Below the pieces are notes generated by a model that ran no database searches, was not told the DNA's origin, and saw only the letters and a list, made by a program, of their open reading frames with translations. A stretch of DNA of 64,000 nucleotides from NCBI GenBank assembly GCA_013178415.1, contig JABLXA010000001.1:33445-97444 (forward strand), written 5' to 3'. The stretch's first letter is position 1. Every line of letters begins with the position of its first letter. Positions 1-11,130 of the stretch are shown here, piece by piece. The stretch comes from Bacillota bacterium. GTDB taxonomy: Bacteria > Bacillota > SHA-98 > Ch115. A program made the position numbers and the translations under genes.

Positions 1-1
1 G

Positions 2-1135
<1,134 letters not shown>

Positions 1136-1243
1136 TGGGAATGGAAGGAGGGGCAATGGCGGTTCATCCCCCCTTGCGAATGAGAGGAGATTGGCCCATC
1201 GGGATCACGATACCGGCGGGGGGTTTACCGCTTTTGTATCCAA

Positions 1244-2710
1244 ATGAGTATACTCGAGGCTGACGTAGTAGTAATTGGTTCAGGAATAACCGGCTGCATG
1301 ATTGCCCGTGAGTTATCCCGTTACAGGGTCAGCATAATCCTCCTTGAGAAGGGCTCTGATGTCGCTCAGGGATCTTCCAGGGCGAATACGGCAATAATCC
1401 ATGCGGGCTATGACGCTGATCCCAGGACATGGAAGGGAAAGCTCAATGCCAAAGGAAATGCAATGTATCGCCAGCTGGCTGAGGAATTAGATGTCCATTT
1501 CTCGCAGATAGGATCTCTGGTCGTTGCCTTGGAAGAGTCTGAAATACCAATCCTCGAGGACCTAATGAAACGAGGTAGAGAAAACGGAGTGAAGGGTCTC
1601 GAGATTGTAAATCGAGAATGGCTCCTCAGGAGGGAGCCAAATCTCAACCCAAAGGCGCTAGCGGCATTATGGGCTCCGACAGCAGGCATCATATGCCCTT
1701 ATGAGATGGTCATAGCTCTTGCGGAGAATGCCGTGGCCAATGGGGTTCGATTCCTCCGGGAAACCCCTGCAGCAGGGATTGTGGTTGAAGATGGACAAGT
1801 GAGAGGGGTTATGACGAATCGCGGCTTCATTAGGACAGGCTTTGTAGTGAACGCGGCCGGCCTCTATGCAGATGAAATAGCGAAAATGGCTGGGGATGAC
1901 TCATTCAGGATCATCCCGCGTAAGGGTGAGTATCACGTACTGGATAAACGTGTGGGAAATCTAGTGAGAACTGTTCTATTTCCGGTGCCAACCAAGATTA
2001 GTAAAGGAGTGGTCGTCACCCCCACAGTCGATGGGAATATCCTTGTAGGGCCTGATGCTAGAGATGTGGATGATAAGGAAGATGTTTCGACAACGCCGGA
2101 AGGCCTTGCTGGCGTCATGAGAGAGGCCAGGAGACTCATACCCGATATCCCTGTCAGAGAAGCCATAACCCAGTATGCAGGCCTAAGGGCGGTTGCCACT
2201 GGAGATGATTTCATAATAGGTCCTTCCGAAAGGGTTAGAGGCTTCTTTAATGCTGCAGGAATCCAGTCTCCCGGGCTGTCTTCCGCGCCAGCGATTGCCG
2301 AGGTCATAATAGACATGCTTAGAGATACAGGCTTGAGGCTAGTGCCGAGGCCCGATTTCAACCCTGTCCGTAAAGGGATAAGGAGGTTTTCCCAGCTCTC
2401 GATGTCTGAGCGGGCAAAGGCCGTGTGGCGCAATCCGGATTATGGTCAGATCATCTGCCGCTGCGAACTCGTAACCAAGGCTGAGATCGTTGAAGCGATA
2501 CGGAGATCTCCGGGGGCTACCACCATAGATGGAATCAAGATGCGAACAAGGGCGGGAATGGGAAGGTGTCAGGGGGGATTCTGTGGGCCGAGGGTTCTAG
2601 CCATTCTCTCACAAGAATTGAGGATTCCCCCCGAAAAGGTAACGAAAAACGGAGGTTCATCCTATATCTTGAACTGCAAAACCAAAGAACCTTTGTTGTA
2701 TATCAAATAA
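1244..2710 (+). CDS. glpA: FAD-dependent glycerol-3-phosphate dehydrogenase, GlpA-like large subunit with a C-terminal BFD-like [2Fe-2S] domain.
   Basis: N-terminal dinucleotide-binding motif VVVIGSGITGCMIAREL. C-terminal Cys cluster CRCELVTKAEIVEAI...GMGRCQGGFCGPRV. Position between glpK and glpP. Confidence 0.8.
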   Translation: MSILEADVVVIGSGITGCMIARELSRYRVSIILLEKGSDVAQGSSRANTAIIHAGYDADPRTWKGKLNAKGNAMYRQLAEELDVHFSQIGSLVVALEESEIPILEDLMKRGRENGVKGLEIVNREWLLRREPNLNPKALAALWAPTAGIICPYEMVIALAENAVANGVRFLRETPAAGIVVEDGQVRGVMTNRGFIRTGFVVNAAGLYADEIAKMAGDDSFRIIPRKGEYHVLDKRVGNLVRTVLFPVPTKISKGVVVTPTVDGNILVGPDARDVDDKEDVSTTPEGLAGVMREARRLIPDIPVREAITQYAGLRAVATGDDFIIGPSERVRGFFNAAGIQSPGLSSAPAIAEVIIDMLRDTGLRLVPRPDFNPVRKGIRRFSQLSMSERAKAVWRNPDYGQIICRCELVTKAEIVEAIRRSPGATTIDGIKMRTRAGMGRCQGGFCGPRVLAILSQELRIPPEKVTKNGGSSYILNCKTKEPLLYIK

Positions 2711-4062
2711 TGGAAAATCTGTATGCGATGAGGATGGTACACATGATCGATGGCGAAGACGAGATGATACCAACTATTCATTCAGATGTAGTGGTGATAG
2801 GCGGAGGACCTGCGGGTCTAGCCGCTGCTATCGCTGCTAAAGAAAATGGCGCTGACCGGGTCATGATCTTGGAGAGAGATAGGGAACTGGGGGGCATTCT
2901 TCAACAATGCATTCATACCGGCTTTGGTTTGCAGATATTCAAGGAGGAGCTTACAGGACCTGAATATGCCTCTAGGTTTATAGAGAGGGCCATGAATATT
3001 GGTGTGCAGTCGAGAACCAATACCATGGTGCTTGGGGTTCGAAAGGACCGGACGGTCCTGGCGGTCAACCCTGGTGATGGACTTGTGAGATATATAGCCG
3101 GGGCTGTAGTCCTTGCCATGGGCTGCCGGGAGAGGACGCGCGGGGCCCTGGCAATCCCAGGTACACGACCTGCAGGCATCTTCACCGCAGGAACGGTTCA
3201 AAGATACGTTAACATGGAAGGTTATATGCCCGGGCGAAAGATTGTGATCCTGGGCTCTGGAGATGTAGGCATGATCATGGCCAGGCGGCTTACCCTGGAG
3301 GGAGCGGAGGTCAAGGCTGTCATTGAGATATACCCTTACCCGGGTGGGCTTACGCGAAATGTGGTCCAGTGCCTCGAGGATTTTGGGATACCCCTTCTAC
3401 TTTCTCATACAGTGACGAAAATAGAAGGGAGAGAGCGAGTTTCTTCTATCACTATCTCTAGAGTTGATGATGATCTCAAGCCGGTCCCCGGCACGGAAGA
3501 GGTCATAGAGTGCGATACTCTGTTATTGTCTGTGGGCCTCATACCCGAGAATGAGCTCTCAAGGGAACTGGGGATCGAGATTGACCCGCGCACTGGCGGA
3601 CCGGTGGTCACGAATGAAATGGAGACTTCCATAGAAGGTATCTTCGCATGCGGAAATGCAGTTCATGTGAACGACCTTGTTGATAATGTGACCCGTGAAG
3701 GTATTGTCGCTGGCTCTTCCGCTGCTATCTACGCGCGCAAGGGCGCTTCAGCGGGTCGCAGGCTATTACAGATAGTCCCCGGCGAGGGTGTGAGATATGT
3801 TGTGCCTCAAAGGATAACTTTGATCCATGATGGCGATGCGGCAATGACCGGCGATAGCGGGGCTGCGAGGTTGAGCCTGAGGGTCGCAAGATCCATGATT
3901 TCGGCGCGGATCAATTTGGTGTCGCAGGGCCGGTCGATTCCCGTAGCAAGGAAAAGGCGAGCCCGTCCTTCAGAGATGATTGATCTCCCGCTCCGGCCCG
4001 ATTTATTACGGGAGATCGCAACTGAGAAATCAGTCTTCCTGACGGCAGAAGAAGGTGTTTGA
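2710..4062 (+). CDS. NAD(P)/FAD-dependent pyridine-nucleotide-disulfide-type oxidoreductase, second subunit of the three-component G3P dehydrogenase. The start is taken at the ATG overlapping the upstream stop (TAATG); the six-frame ORF extends upstream to 2566.
   Basis: Two Rossmann motifs (VVVIGGGPAGLAAAIAA and IVILGSGDVGMIMARRL) and the conserved GlpA-like / FAD-NAD oxidoreductase / DUF1667 gene order. Confidence 0.7.
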   Translation: MENLYAMRMVHMIDGEDEMIPTIHSDVVVIGGGPAGLAAAIAAKENGADRVMILERDRELGGILQQCIHTGFGLQIFKEELTGPEYASRFIERAMNIGVQSRTNTMVLGVRKDRTVLAVNPGDGLVRYIAGAVVLAMGCRERTRGALAIPGTRPAGIFTAGTVQRYVNMEGYMPGRKIVILGSGDVGMIMARRLTLEGAEVKAVIEIYPYPGGLTRNVVQCLEDFGIPLLLSHTVTKIEGRERVSSITISRVDDDLKPVPGTEEVIECDTLLLSVGLIPENELSRELGIEIDPRTGGPVVTNEMETSIEGIFACGNAVHVNDLVDNVTREGIVAGSSAAIYARKGASAGRRLLQIVPGEGVRYVVPQRITLIHDGDAAMTGDSGAARLSLRVARSMISARINLVSQGRSIPVARKRRARPSEMIDLPLRPDLLREIATEKSVFLTAEEGV

Positions 4063-4505
4063 TGCTCATGGGCGAATACGAGACTACAGAACGTAAGATC
4101 ACATGCATTGTTTGCCCTGAGGGTTGTTCCATAAAGGTGTCTATACGCGGGGGTAGGGTTGATTCCATTGAGGGAGCTAAGTGTAAGAGGGGGGTAGAAT
4201 ATGCCTCAACAGAAGTGACGGCGCCCAGGAGGATATTGACTACCACGGTGAGGGTATCTGGCGGAACGCTCCCCGTTGCCCCGGTAAGAACATCCACCCC
4301 CATCCCGAAAGAATATATCCCGCTGGCCATGAGAGAGATCGCGAAAGTGGTGCTCGCAGCGCCACTTCGCCGCGGTGAAGTGGTCATCCGGGACCTGCTT
4401 GGAACGGGCGCTGATGTAATCGTGACTCGAAATCTCGATGCAACCAACGGCAGAATCTCGATGAAAGTGACGGCAGACCCCCTTCAGGGTATGCCACACG
4501 CTTGA
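4059..4505 (+). CDS. DUF1667-domain Cys-rich protein, third subunit of the glycerol-3-phosphate dehydrogenase complex.
   Basis: CIVCPEGC...KCKRG cysteine motif, 148 aa. Translationally coupled to the upstream gene by an ATGA overlap. Confidence 0.7.
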   Translation: MMLMGEYETTERKITCIVCPEGCSIKVSIRGGRVDSIEGAKCKRGVEYASTEVTAPRRILTTTVRVSGGTLPVAPVRTSTPIPKEYIPLAMREIAKVVLAAPLRRGEVVIRDLLGTGADVIVTRNLDATNGRISMKVTADPLQGMPHA

Positions 4506-4579
4506 TGGTAGAACTGATGGCGGGCTCGCGGTTGATTGCAGACCGGTAGTCCGACAGCAAATCTGAAACCTGGAAGGTC

Positions 4580-5155
4580 GTGACCGGGATGAACCTGAGC
4601 GAGATCTTGGGTGGTAATCCCATTATTGCCGCAGTGAGACGCCGGGAGGATCTTGAAGATGCATTGAACAGCAGGGCAGGGGCTATTTTCATGCTTTCAG
4701 GAGAACTCTCGGACCTTATCGAGATGGTGAAGGCCGCGAGGCTCAAGGGAAAGCCCATATTCCTGCATATGGAACTCATAGGCGGGCTTTCACAAGATAT
4801 GGCTGCCGTGAAATTCGTGGCACAAAAGGCGCAGCCGGCTGGCATAATAACTACCCGCAGCCATCTCATATCTTTCGCCAAAAAGGCCGGCCTTCTAACG
4901 ATTCAGCGCCTTTTCATCCTTGATTCCCTGGCTGTCAGGACCGGAATCACAACGGCGCTCAATACGAAGCCAGATGCAGTGGAGGTTTTGCCGGGAATCT
5001 TGCCCAGGATGATAAGGCGACTGGCCGATGAATTCAAACAGCCACTCATAGCGGGTGGTTTGATCGAGTCAGGGGAGGATATATTGGACGCGTTGAATGC
5101 GGGGGCAGTGGCAGTGTCTTTAAGCAGAAAGGAGCTCTGGAATTTCGGGCCGTAG
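4580..5155 (+). CDS. glpP: Glycerol-3-phosphate-responsive antiterminator GlpP.
   Basis: About 190 aa with the GlpP family pattern IIAAVRR...GKPIFLHMELIGGL...IQRLFILDS...LIAGGLI. Confidence 0.8.
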   Translation: MTGMNLSEILGGNPIIAAVRRREDLEDALNSRAGAIFMLSGELSDLIEMVKAARLKGKPIFLHMELIGGLSQDMAAVKFVAQKAQPAGIITTRSHLISFAKKAGLLTIQRLFILDSLAVRTGITTALNTKPDAVEVLPGILPRMIRRLADEFKQPLIAGGLIESGEDILDALNAGAVAVSLSRKELWNFGP

Positions 5156-5180
5156 CGCAGGAATATCCAGGCTACGGCCC
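5147..5180. terminator. Perfect 10-bp inverted repeat (GGGCCGTAGC ... GCTACGGCCC, 14-nt loop) between the convergent glpP and glnS. A possible bidirectional terminator, but with no clear U-tract.
   Basis: The repeat is seen directly in the sequence. It overlaps the glpP stop codon. Confidence 0.35.
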
Positions 5181-5204
5181 GGCGATTGTGATAATGGGAC
5201 CAGC

Positions 5205-6914
5205 TCATTTTGCCGCGGCTTTCTCGTTTTGCGCCTTCTCAATCCTGGCCCACTCATCTTTAAGGTCCACAGTCCGGTTGAATACCAATCTGCCTGCAGA
5301 AGAATCTGGGTCAACACAGAAATATCCGAGCCTTTCGAATTGGTATCTGTCGCCCGGTTTCGCGCCGGACAGGGAAGGCTCAATCTTGCATGCCGGCAGG
5401 ATTTTCAATGAATTCGGGTTTATGCAGGCCAGGAAATCCTCTTCTGCGCCTGGATCTTCTTTAGTGAAAAGCCTATCATACAAGCGTACCTCAGCCTCAA
5501 GAGCATGAGCGGACGAAACCCAGTGGAGAGTCGCCTTGACTTTCCGTTTATTCAGAGTTGTGCCCCCCCGAGTTTCCGGGTCATAGGTGCAATGAACCTC
5601 AACTACCTCGCCGGTCTTTTCGTCTTTAACCACTTCATTGCACTTGATGATATATGCATACCGCAGCCGCACCTCGCGTCCTGGAGCAAGACGGTAAAAC
5701 TTCGGGGGAGGATCCTCTCTGAAATCATCCTGTTCGATATAGAGCACCCGGGAGAAAGGCACTTTCCGCGTTCCCATGGACGGGTCCTCAGGATTGTTCA
5801 CCGCGTCAAGCCATTCCACTTGGCCTTCAGGATAGTTGTCGATGACCACCCGGAGAGGATGAAGAACAGCCATGACCCGTTGTGCCCGGCGGTTCAGATC
5901 CTCCCGGACGCAGTGTTCCAGAAGGGAGATGTCGACAACGCTGTTTGCCTTGGCAACGCCAATGCGGTCACAGAAGGCCCTGATAGACTCAGGTGTATAA
6001 CCGCGCCGTCGCAAGCCCGAGAGGGTCGGCATCCGCGGATCGTCCCAGCCCGAGACGATGCCTTTCTTTACAAGTTCCAATAGCTTCCGTTTGCTCATCA
6101 CCGTGAAATTGAGATTGAGGCGAGCAAACTCGATCTGCTTCGGCCGGCTCGGGACGTCGAGGTTTTCAATGAACCAATCATAGAGGGGACGATGATCCTC
6201 GAATTCAAGTGTGCAGATGGAATGGGTTATACCTTCCAATGCGTCTGAGATCGGATGGGCAAAGTCATACATTGGATAGATGCACCACTTGTCGCCGGTC
6301 CGGTGGTGCGTTGCCCTGAGGATGCGGTAAATGACCGGGTCTCGCATATTGAGATTCGGTGATGCCATATCGATCTTCGCTCGGAGGACGCGGGATCCAT
6401 CCGGAAACTCCCCTGCCCGCATACGTGCGAAAAGGTCAAGGTTTTCCTCTACCGAGCGATTACGATACGGGCTATCCTTGCCCGGCTCGGTCAGTGTGCC
6501 ACGATATTCCTTTATCTCATCCGGACTTAGGTCACAAACATAAGCCTTGCCTGCCTTGATGAGCTGGACCGCGTATTCATAGAGCTGCTCAAAATAATCA
6601 GACGCATAGAAAAGTCGGTCGTCCCAGTCAAAACCGAGCCAGCGGATGTCCTCTTTGATGGATTCGACATATTCAACATCTTCTTTACTCGGGTTGGTGT
6701 CGTCGAACCGCAGGTTGCATAGGCCCCCATACTTGGCGGCAAGACCGAAATTCAGGCAGATGGACTTGGCATGGCCTATATGCAGATAGCCATTGGGCTC
6801 AGGCGGAAAACGCGTATGAACCCGGCCGTCGTTCCTATTCTGCCTCAGATCCTCCTGGATGATGTCATCGATGAAATTCGTGGAAGTAGTGAAATTGGCC
6901 GGTCGGGTAGACAT
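5205..6914 (-). CDS. glnS: Glutaminyl-tRNA synthetase.
   Basis: Class I aaRS HIGH motif ([14 protein letters not shown]) and a KMSKS-like VMSKR; about 570 aa GlnRS architecture. Confidence 0.9.
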   Translation of the reverse strand: MSTRPANFTTSTNFIDDIIQEDLRQNRNDGRVHTRFPPEPNGYLHIGHAKSICLNFGLAAKYGGLCNLRFDDTNPSKEDVEYVESIKEDIRWLGFDWDDRLFYASDYFEQLYEYAVQLIKAGKAYVCDLSPDEIKEYRGTLTEPGKDSPYRNRSVEENLDLFARMRAGEFPDGSRVLRAKIDMASPNLNMRDPVIYRILRATHHRTGDKWCIYPMYDFAHPISDALEGITHSICTLEFEDHRPLYDWFIENLDVPSRPKQIEFARLNLNFTVMSKRKLLELVKKGIVSGWDDPRMPTLSGLRRRGYTPESIRAFCDRIGVAKANSVVDISLLEHCVREDLNRRAQRVMAVLHPLRVVIDNYPEGQVEWLDAVNNPEDPSMGTRKVPFSRVLYIEQDDFREDPPPKFYRLAPGREVRLRYAYIIKCNEVVKDEKTGEVVEVHCTYDPETRGGTTLNKRKVKATLHWVSSAHALEAEVRLYDRLFTKEDPGAEEDFLACINPNSLKILPACKIEPSLSGAKPGDRYQFERLGYFCVDPDSSAGRLVFNRTVDLKDEWARIEKAQNEKAAAK

Positions 6915-7027
6915 ACAATTTCTCTCCTTCTATTTGAAAAAGCGTGAACACCTTTATCTTAGCATACCCCCTTTCATTGGTCTATAGAGCGCGGAGGCAA
7001 ATATGCGCCGAGATGGGGTATGAAAAA

Positions 7028-7056
7028 TTGACAGGGCTCGCCTCTACTGGTATAAT
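7028..7056 (+). promoter_or_regulatory. Near-consensus sigma70 promoter (TTGACA - 17 nt - TATAAT) upstream of the Uma2 gene.
   Basis: TTGACA at 7028-7033, a 17-nt spacer, TATAAT at 7051-7056. Confidence 0.5.
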
Positions 7057-7068
7057 AAGGATGGCAGC

Positions 7069-7770
7069 ATGGCAATTCAATGTATATTGACGAGCGAGGT
7101 GGTCATGATGAAAGACCATTACATGGGGAAGTGCATGGGCACACAAGACAGCCGTGGAGCGCCGGATAACTTAGATGTGCCGGAAAACCCTGAGATGCTT
7201 GAAGAGACAGTCCCCCAATATACCTCTCTGGAATTACGCCTCACATATGAAGACTATTGCAAGATACCGTTCGGAGAAAGATATGAGCTCGTGGAAGGGG
7301 ACCTGAGGAAGATGACACCAGCTCCATCAGTGTTTCATCAGGAAATCTCCGGCAGGATCGAGATGGCGTTGAGGCAATGGGTCGGGGACCGTAAATTAGG
7401 TAAGGTATATTACTCCCCCATTGATGTGGTCTTGAGCAGGCATAATGTTGTCCAGCCTGATATATTGTTCATCTCGCGTGAAAGACTCGGGATAATCAAG
7501 GAGGCATGTATCCGAGGCGCCCCCGATCTGGTAATCGAGATCCTCTCGCCTTCCACGGAGGAATGGGACCGGATTATCAAGCGTCAAATCTATGGTCGTT
7601 ATGGTGTGCGTGAATACTGGATCGTAGATCCCGAGGGTCGCAGCATCGAGGTTACCGCGCATAACAGCAAAGAGCTCGCTACAGTGCAGATTTACTCCTC
7701 GGGGATGACATTGTCGAGCCCTCTGCTATGCGGTTTCGCGTTAGAGATAGATGATGTCTTCCGCCCATAG
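7069..7770 (+). CDS. Uma2-family (DUF820) putative restriction-like endonuclease, paralog 1. The true start is possibly the ATG at 7108, which follows an AGGTGG.
   Basis: Uma2 motifs YELVEGDL, PDLVIEILSPST, YGVREYWIVDP. About 80% identical to the ORF at 43990-44631. Confidence 0.8.
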   Translation: MAIQCILTSEVVMMKDHYMGKCMGTQDSRGAPDNLDVPENPEMLEETVPQYTSLELRLTYEDYCKIPFGERYELVEGDLRKMTPAPSVFHQEISGRIEMALRQWVGDRKLGKVYYSPIDVVLSRHNVVQPDILFISRERLGIIKEACIRGAPDLVIEILSPSTEEWDRIIKRQIYGRYGVREYWIVDPEGRSIEVTAHNSKELATVQIYSSGMTLSSPLLCGFALEIDDVFRP

Positions 7771-7853
7771 GAAGGAGATGCCTGCATATCCAGCCATCCC
7801 CTGGCCGATATACATCATATTCGGGCGTCTGATGCTATCGCGCGGCCAAAGAT

Positions 7854-9056
7854 TTATTCTTTTCTGTAAACATATTGCTTAGGATGCTTAGAGCCCGTCG
7901 AAGTGAGGTGTCCCTGTTCTATAAGGTCTTTGATGTCATTGTAGGCGGTCGCCGCGCTTACCTGAAAATGCTCCTGGTAGCTACTGATGGTCCAAATACA
8001 TCCCTGCTGGGCAAGGAGAAGCGCCTCGCGGTGACGGCCCAGACGATCTTTGACATAGACAGGAGCGGCGGCATTCCCTTCTACAGGATCTTCAGCCACA
8101 ATGCTTGTTTGGGAAGTCGTCGGAACAATGCCGGACGGGGAGTAGGACGCGTGGGCCGTCTCCTCGGGGTCAGTCTGCCGCCAACTGTCGGGATCCAGAC
8201 CTTCCTGGGTTTCCTTTTGGGTTTCAATCTGCCCCCGCAAGACAACCGCTGCAGCCGACAACCAGCGATAGGCCATATCCTGGGCCATACCTCGGGTTTC
8301 AGCAAAAATCCACTGGACGTTTGGGTACTCTGCTTGCAACGCGGCCACCAGGTTCAGCAACCATCCCGTAGAGACGCCACCCTTCTTTTCAGCCTTTACA
8401 AGGTCGCTGAGTCGTCCCTCTATTACAAGGCATCCTCGAGGCAGGCTGCTCAACTCTACTAGCTGCATTCGCAGGGTGCCCGATGAGAGAGCGCCGGCCA
8501 AATCCGCTACTGTTTTGCGCTCTACTGCCGCTATGAGCCTGTTCCCGAAAAAGATACCATAGTCGCCTGTGGGGAGTTCCCTGCGCTCCGTATATGCATG
8601 CTGGTGCGGGAATTTCCATGGATAACGTTCTCTATGATCTATGGCAATCGAGACTGTGCGTCGCTCGAGGCCCCTGGCCGTCGGCACCCGGATGCCGGGT
8701 CTGGCTGCCTGCATGGTCTGTTGGGTCCGCCAAAAGATCAATGTGCGTCCCTTGCTTTCTGTCCAGATAAACATGGAGCGGCGTCGCTGGCGTCGTTTCA
8801 GCACCAAATGCACGGCTTTGCCGGCCCGCCGGCATGATTGAACGGGCACTGCCTCAAGGACTTCCAATTTCTCTGGCCAGCTCTCCAATTGATAGCAGAA
8901 GAGATCCCGGCCAGTAGGCCAGGTGTCCGATGTAGCTAAAACGAGCGGCGCTTCCCCGGCCACAGGTAAGCATGCCAGATATGGTAGTCTGGCGTTGGGC
9001 TTAGGATTGCGGGCAATGATGAACATGGGCGCATGGCACTCATTATCCGAGATCAA
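7854..9056 (-). CDS. ERCC4 (XPF/Mus81/Hef-type) nuclease-domain protein with a C-terminal winged-helix-like domain, 400 aa.
   Basis: IAIDHRE ... GDYGIFFGNRLIAAVERKTVADLAGALSSGTLRMQL...LVIEG matches the ERCC4 signature (D, E, GDY, ERKxxxDL, S, G-L). The C-terminus (VSAATAYNDIKDLIEQGHL) is HTH-like. The N-terminal ~140 aa are unrecognised. Confidence 0.55.
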   Translation of the reverse strand: MISDNECHAPMFIIARNPKPNARLPYLACLPVAGEAPLVLATSDTWPTGRDLFCYQLESWPEKLEVLEAVPVQSCRRAGKAVHLVLKRRQRRRSMFIWTESKGRTLIFWRTQQTMQAARPGIRVPTARGLERRTVSIAIDHRERYPWKFPHQHAYTERRELPTGDYGIFFGNRLIAAVERKTVADLAGALSSGTLRMQLVELSSLPRGCLVIEGRLSDLVKAEKKGGVSTGWLLNLVAALQAEYPNVQWIFAETRGMAQDMAYRWLSAAAVVLRGQIETQKETQEGLDPDSWRQTDPEETAHASYSPSGIVPTTSQTSIVAEDPVEGNAAAPVYVKDRLGRHREALLLAQQGCIWTISSYQEHFQVSAATAYNDIKDLIEQGHLTSTGSKHPKQYVYRKE

Positions 9057-9081
9057 AGGGCCTCACCACCTTCATTATCAG

Positions 9082-11016
9082 CTACGCTCGCTCGATCCAT
9101 ACGGTCATCGGCGCGACCTCCCTGTTTGCCCAGGCGAAGTAGGGTATCGCTTTAAGCGCGACTTTCTTGGTGTCACTCTCAACAACATCTTCAATGGGCA
9201 TGTATAGAGCGGCGGGTAATTCCAAGGGCACTTCTCCTGGGCATTTAATTGTGGCCACCCCGCCCAGGAGATCTTCTTCATATTGGACTTTGATATCGTC
9301 CGGATGATCTATAGTGACCCTGGCATCTAGCACCGGCACCTCTGGATTGTCGACCCCCTCAAAGCAATAGACAATGGGCCCCCGCAATAGCGCGACGCTA
9401 TTTCGATTTTCCACTACCCTGGGGTGGCTAACCATAAAAACAGGTTCCATTGTCATCTGCAATGAGATTCTATCTCCCTTATTCCAGCATCGCCTTAGCT
9501 CTAGGTAACCATTGGATTCAATAGCGCTGGCGTGACTACGAGACTCACCCGCGTTAGCTAACTTTCCGCCGACTATGTCTCCGTTGATCGCTATTGTATA
9601 TTTTTTACACCATCCGGGAACTCGCAGGAAAACCGAGAATTCTGCAGGATGCTCAGGCGAGACCTCGAGTTCAATCCCGCCATCCCATGGATACTTCGTG
9701 GATTGCATCAATGTAAATGGGGTCCCGTCTTCCAGGCACCAATCCAGCATAGCATTATCGTAGAGGTGCACCCAGACTCCTTCCTTGCTGGTGCTAAAGA
9801 GGTAGCCTGGGATAGAGGCGATTTGTCTAATTACGTTGGTTGGACAGCAGGTGCAATCAAACCACTCTTGCCTGCGGTATGGCCCAACCCGCGCCCATTC
9901 GTACCATGGGTCGCCTTCCCCTTTTCCATTGTATCGCAATGGGTTCACGTAGAAGAAAGAGTCTCCTTCCAGAGATACTCCCGCCAAGAAGCCGTTGTAT
10001 AGGGCGAGTTCCATGATATCTGCGAATCTCGCCTCACCCTTCAAAGAAAGCATCCGGTAATTCCACATGGAATTGGCGATTGCCGCACAGGTTTCGGCAT
10101 AAGCCCTTTCATTCGGCAGTTCATAGGGCCTGCCGACTGATTCGCCAACGTGCCTGCCACCAAGGCCGCCGGTTATATACATCCTGGTCTTCGTCATGCT
10201 GTTCCACAGCTTCTCGAGGACCGAGAGAGCGATGGGATTTCCCGTTTCGGCATAATAATCCGCTAGCCCTGACGCGAAATAGGCTGCGCGGACTGCGTGG
10301 CCTTGGAACTCCTCCATATCCTGGTAGCCCTGTTGTTCCAGGAAGAACTCCGAAAGCCTCAAATATCGCTCCTTTCCGGTTTCCCGGTAGAGCTCCACCA
10401 GTGCCATTTCAACCTCCGGGTGTCCATCAAAGCCTTTTCGCTTGTCTGGTCCGAATACATTGCACAAGTAGTCGGCGAATCTAGTTGATACATCCAGGAG
10501 TCTAGTGTCCCCGATGCCTCTGTAGAGGGCTAAGGCCGCCTGGAAAAGATGACCTGCGCAATAGAGCTCATGCGATCCCTTCTCGAGGTTCTGAAACCGT
10601 TCGCCTTTCCTTTCATCCACATGCCATGTATTCAAATAACCATCCTCACCCTGGGCGCCCGCAATAGCTTCGATGACCCGGTTGAGGGCGCTCTGTAGCT
10701 CGCGGTCCATTTCGGATTGAAGGGCAAAGGCGGCTGCTTCGACCCATTTATAGAGGTCGGAATCAGTAAACAGTGGACCCCTTCGCGGGACATTTTTCTT
10801 ACCTGCAAGGCGGAGAAAATTATCGACGACGCCATGCTCTTCCAAACGCTGCAGAACCGCGGGTATAGCCACCTTCTGGTTCTTCAGCATCCTCTTTTTC
10901 CAGAATCCGTCTTGCATCTTCACGGCAGCAACCGGAACAGAGTGTAATCTGGCAAACGGACTGTCATGATTGGCTAAGATTCCTGTCTTCTTGCGCTCCT
11001 TGTAGACATCAAACAT
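9082..11016 (-). CDS. Glycoside hydrolase family 127 (DUF1680) beta-L-arabinofuranosidase-like protein.
   Basis: 644 aa, no signal peptide. GH127-like Cys cluster (EWFDCTCCPTNV...) and the overall DUF1680 pattern. Confidence 0.75.
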   Translation of the reverse strand: MFDVYKERKKTGILANHDSPFARLHSVPVAAVKMQDGFWKKRMLKNQKVAIPAVLQRLEEHGVVDNFLRLAGKKNVPRRGPLFTDSDLYKWVEAAAFALQSEMDRELQSALNRVIEAIAGAQGEDGYLNTWHVDERKGERFQNLEKGSHELYCAGHLFQAALALYRGIGDTRLLDVSTRFADYLCNVFGPDKRKGFDGHPEVEMALVELYRETGKERYLRLSEFFLEQQGYQDMEEFQGHAVRAAYFASGLADYYAETGNPIALSVLEKLWNSMTKTRMYITGGLGGRHVGESVGRPYELPNERAYAETCAAIANSMWNYRMLSLKGEARFADIMELALYNGFLAGVSLEGDSFFYVNPLRYNGKGEGDPWYEWARVGPYRRQEWFDCTCCPTNVIRQIASIPGYLFSTSKEGVWVHLYDNAMLDWCLEDGTPFTLMQSTKYPWDGGIELEVSPEHPAEFSVFLRVPGWCKKYTIAINGDIVGGKLANAGESRSHASAIESNGYLELRRCWNKGDRISLQMTMEPVFMVSHPRVVENRNSVALLRGPIVYCFEGVDNPEVPVLDARVTIDHPDDIKVQYEEDLLGGVATIKCPGEVPLELPAALYMPIEDVVESDTKKVALKAIPYFAWANREVAPMTVWIERA

Positions 11017-11130
11017 TCCTCACTCACTCTCCTTTTGAACATCCTCCCCGGCCGCTCAAGCATTATCAATGACATCAATGACGGGGAAATACCGCCTCGG
11101 CGGCAGGGTGCCCGCAAGATATTTAATTCG

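Noticed and set aside
5505-6083. 192-aa plus-strand ORF inside glnS
   Set aside because: Antisense to a highly conserved aminoacyl-tRNA synthetase gene.
7875-8462. 195-aa plus-strand ORF inside the ERCC4 nuclease gene
   Set aside because: Antisense to a gene with a clear conserved catalytic motif. Its composition is Arg/Gly/Pro-rich and shadow-like, with no recognisable domain.
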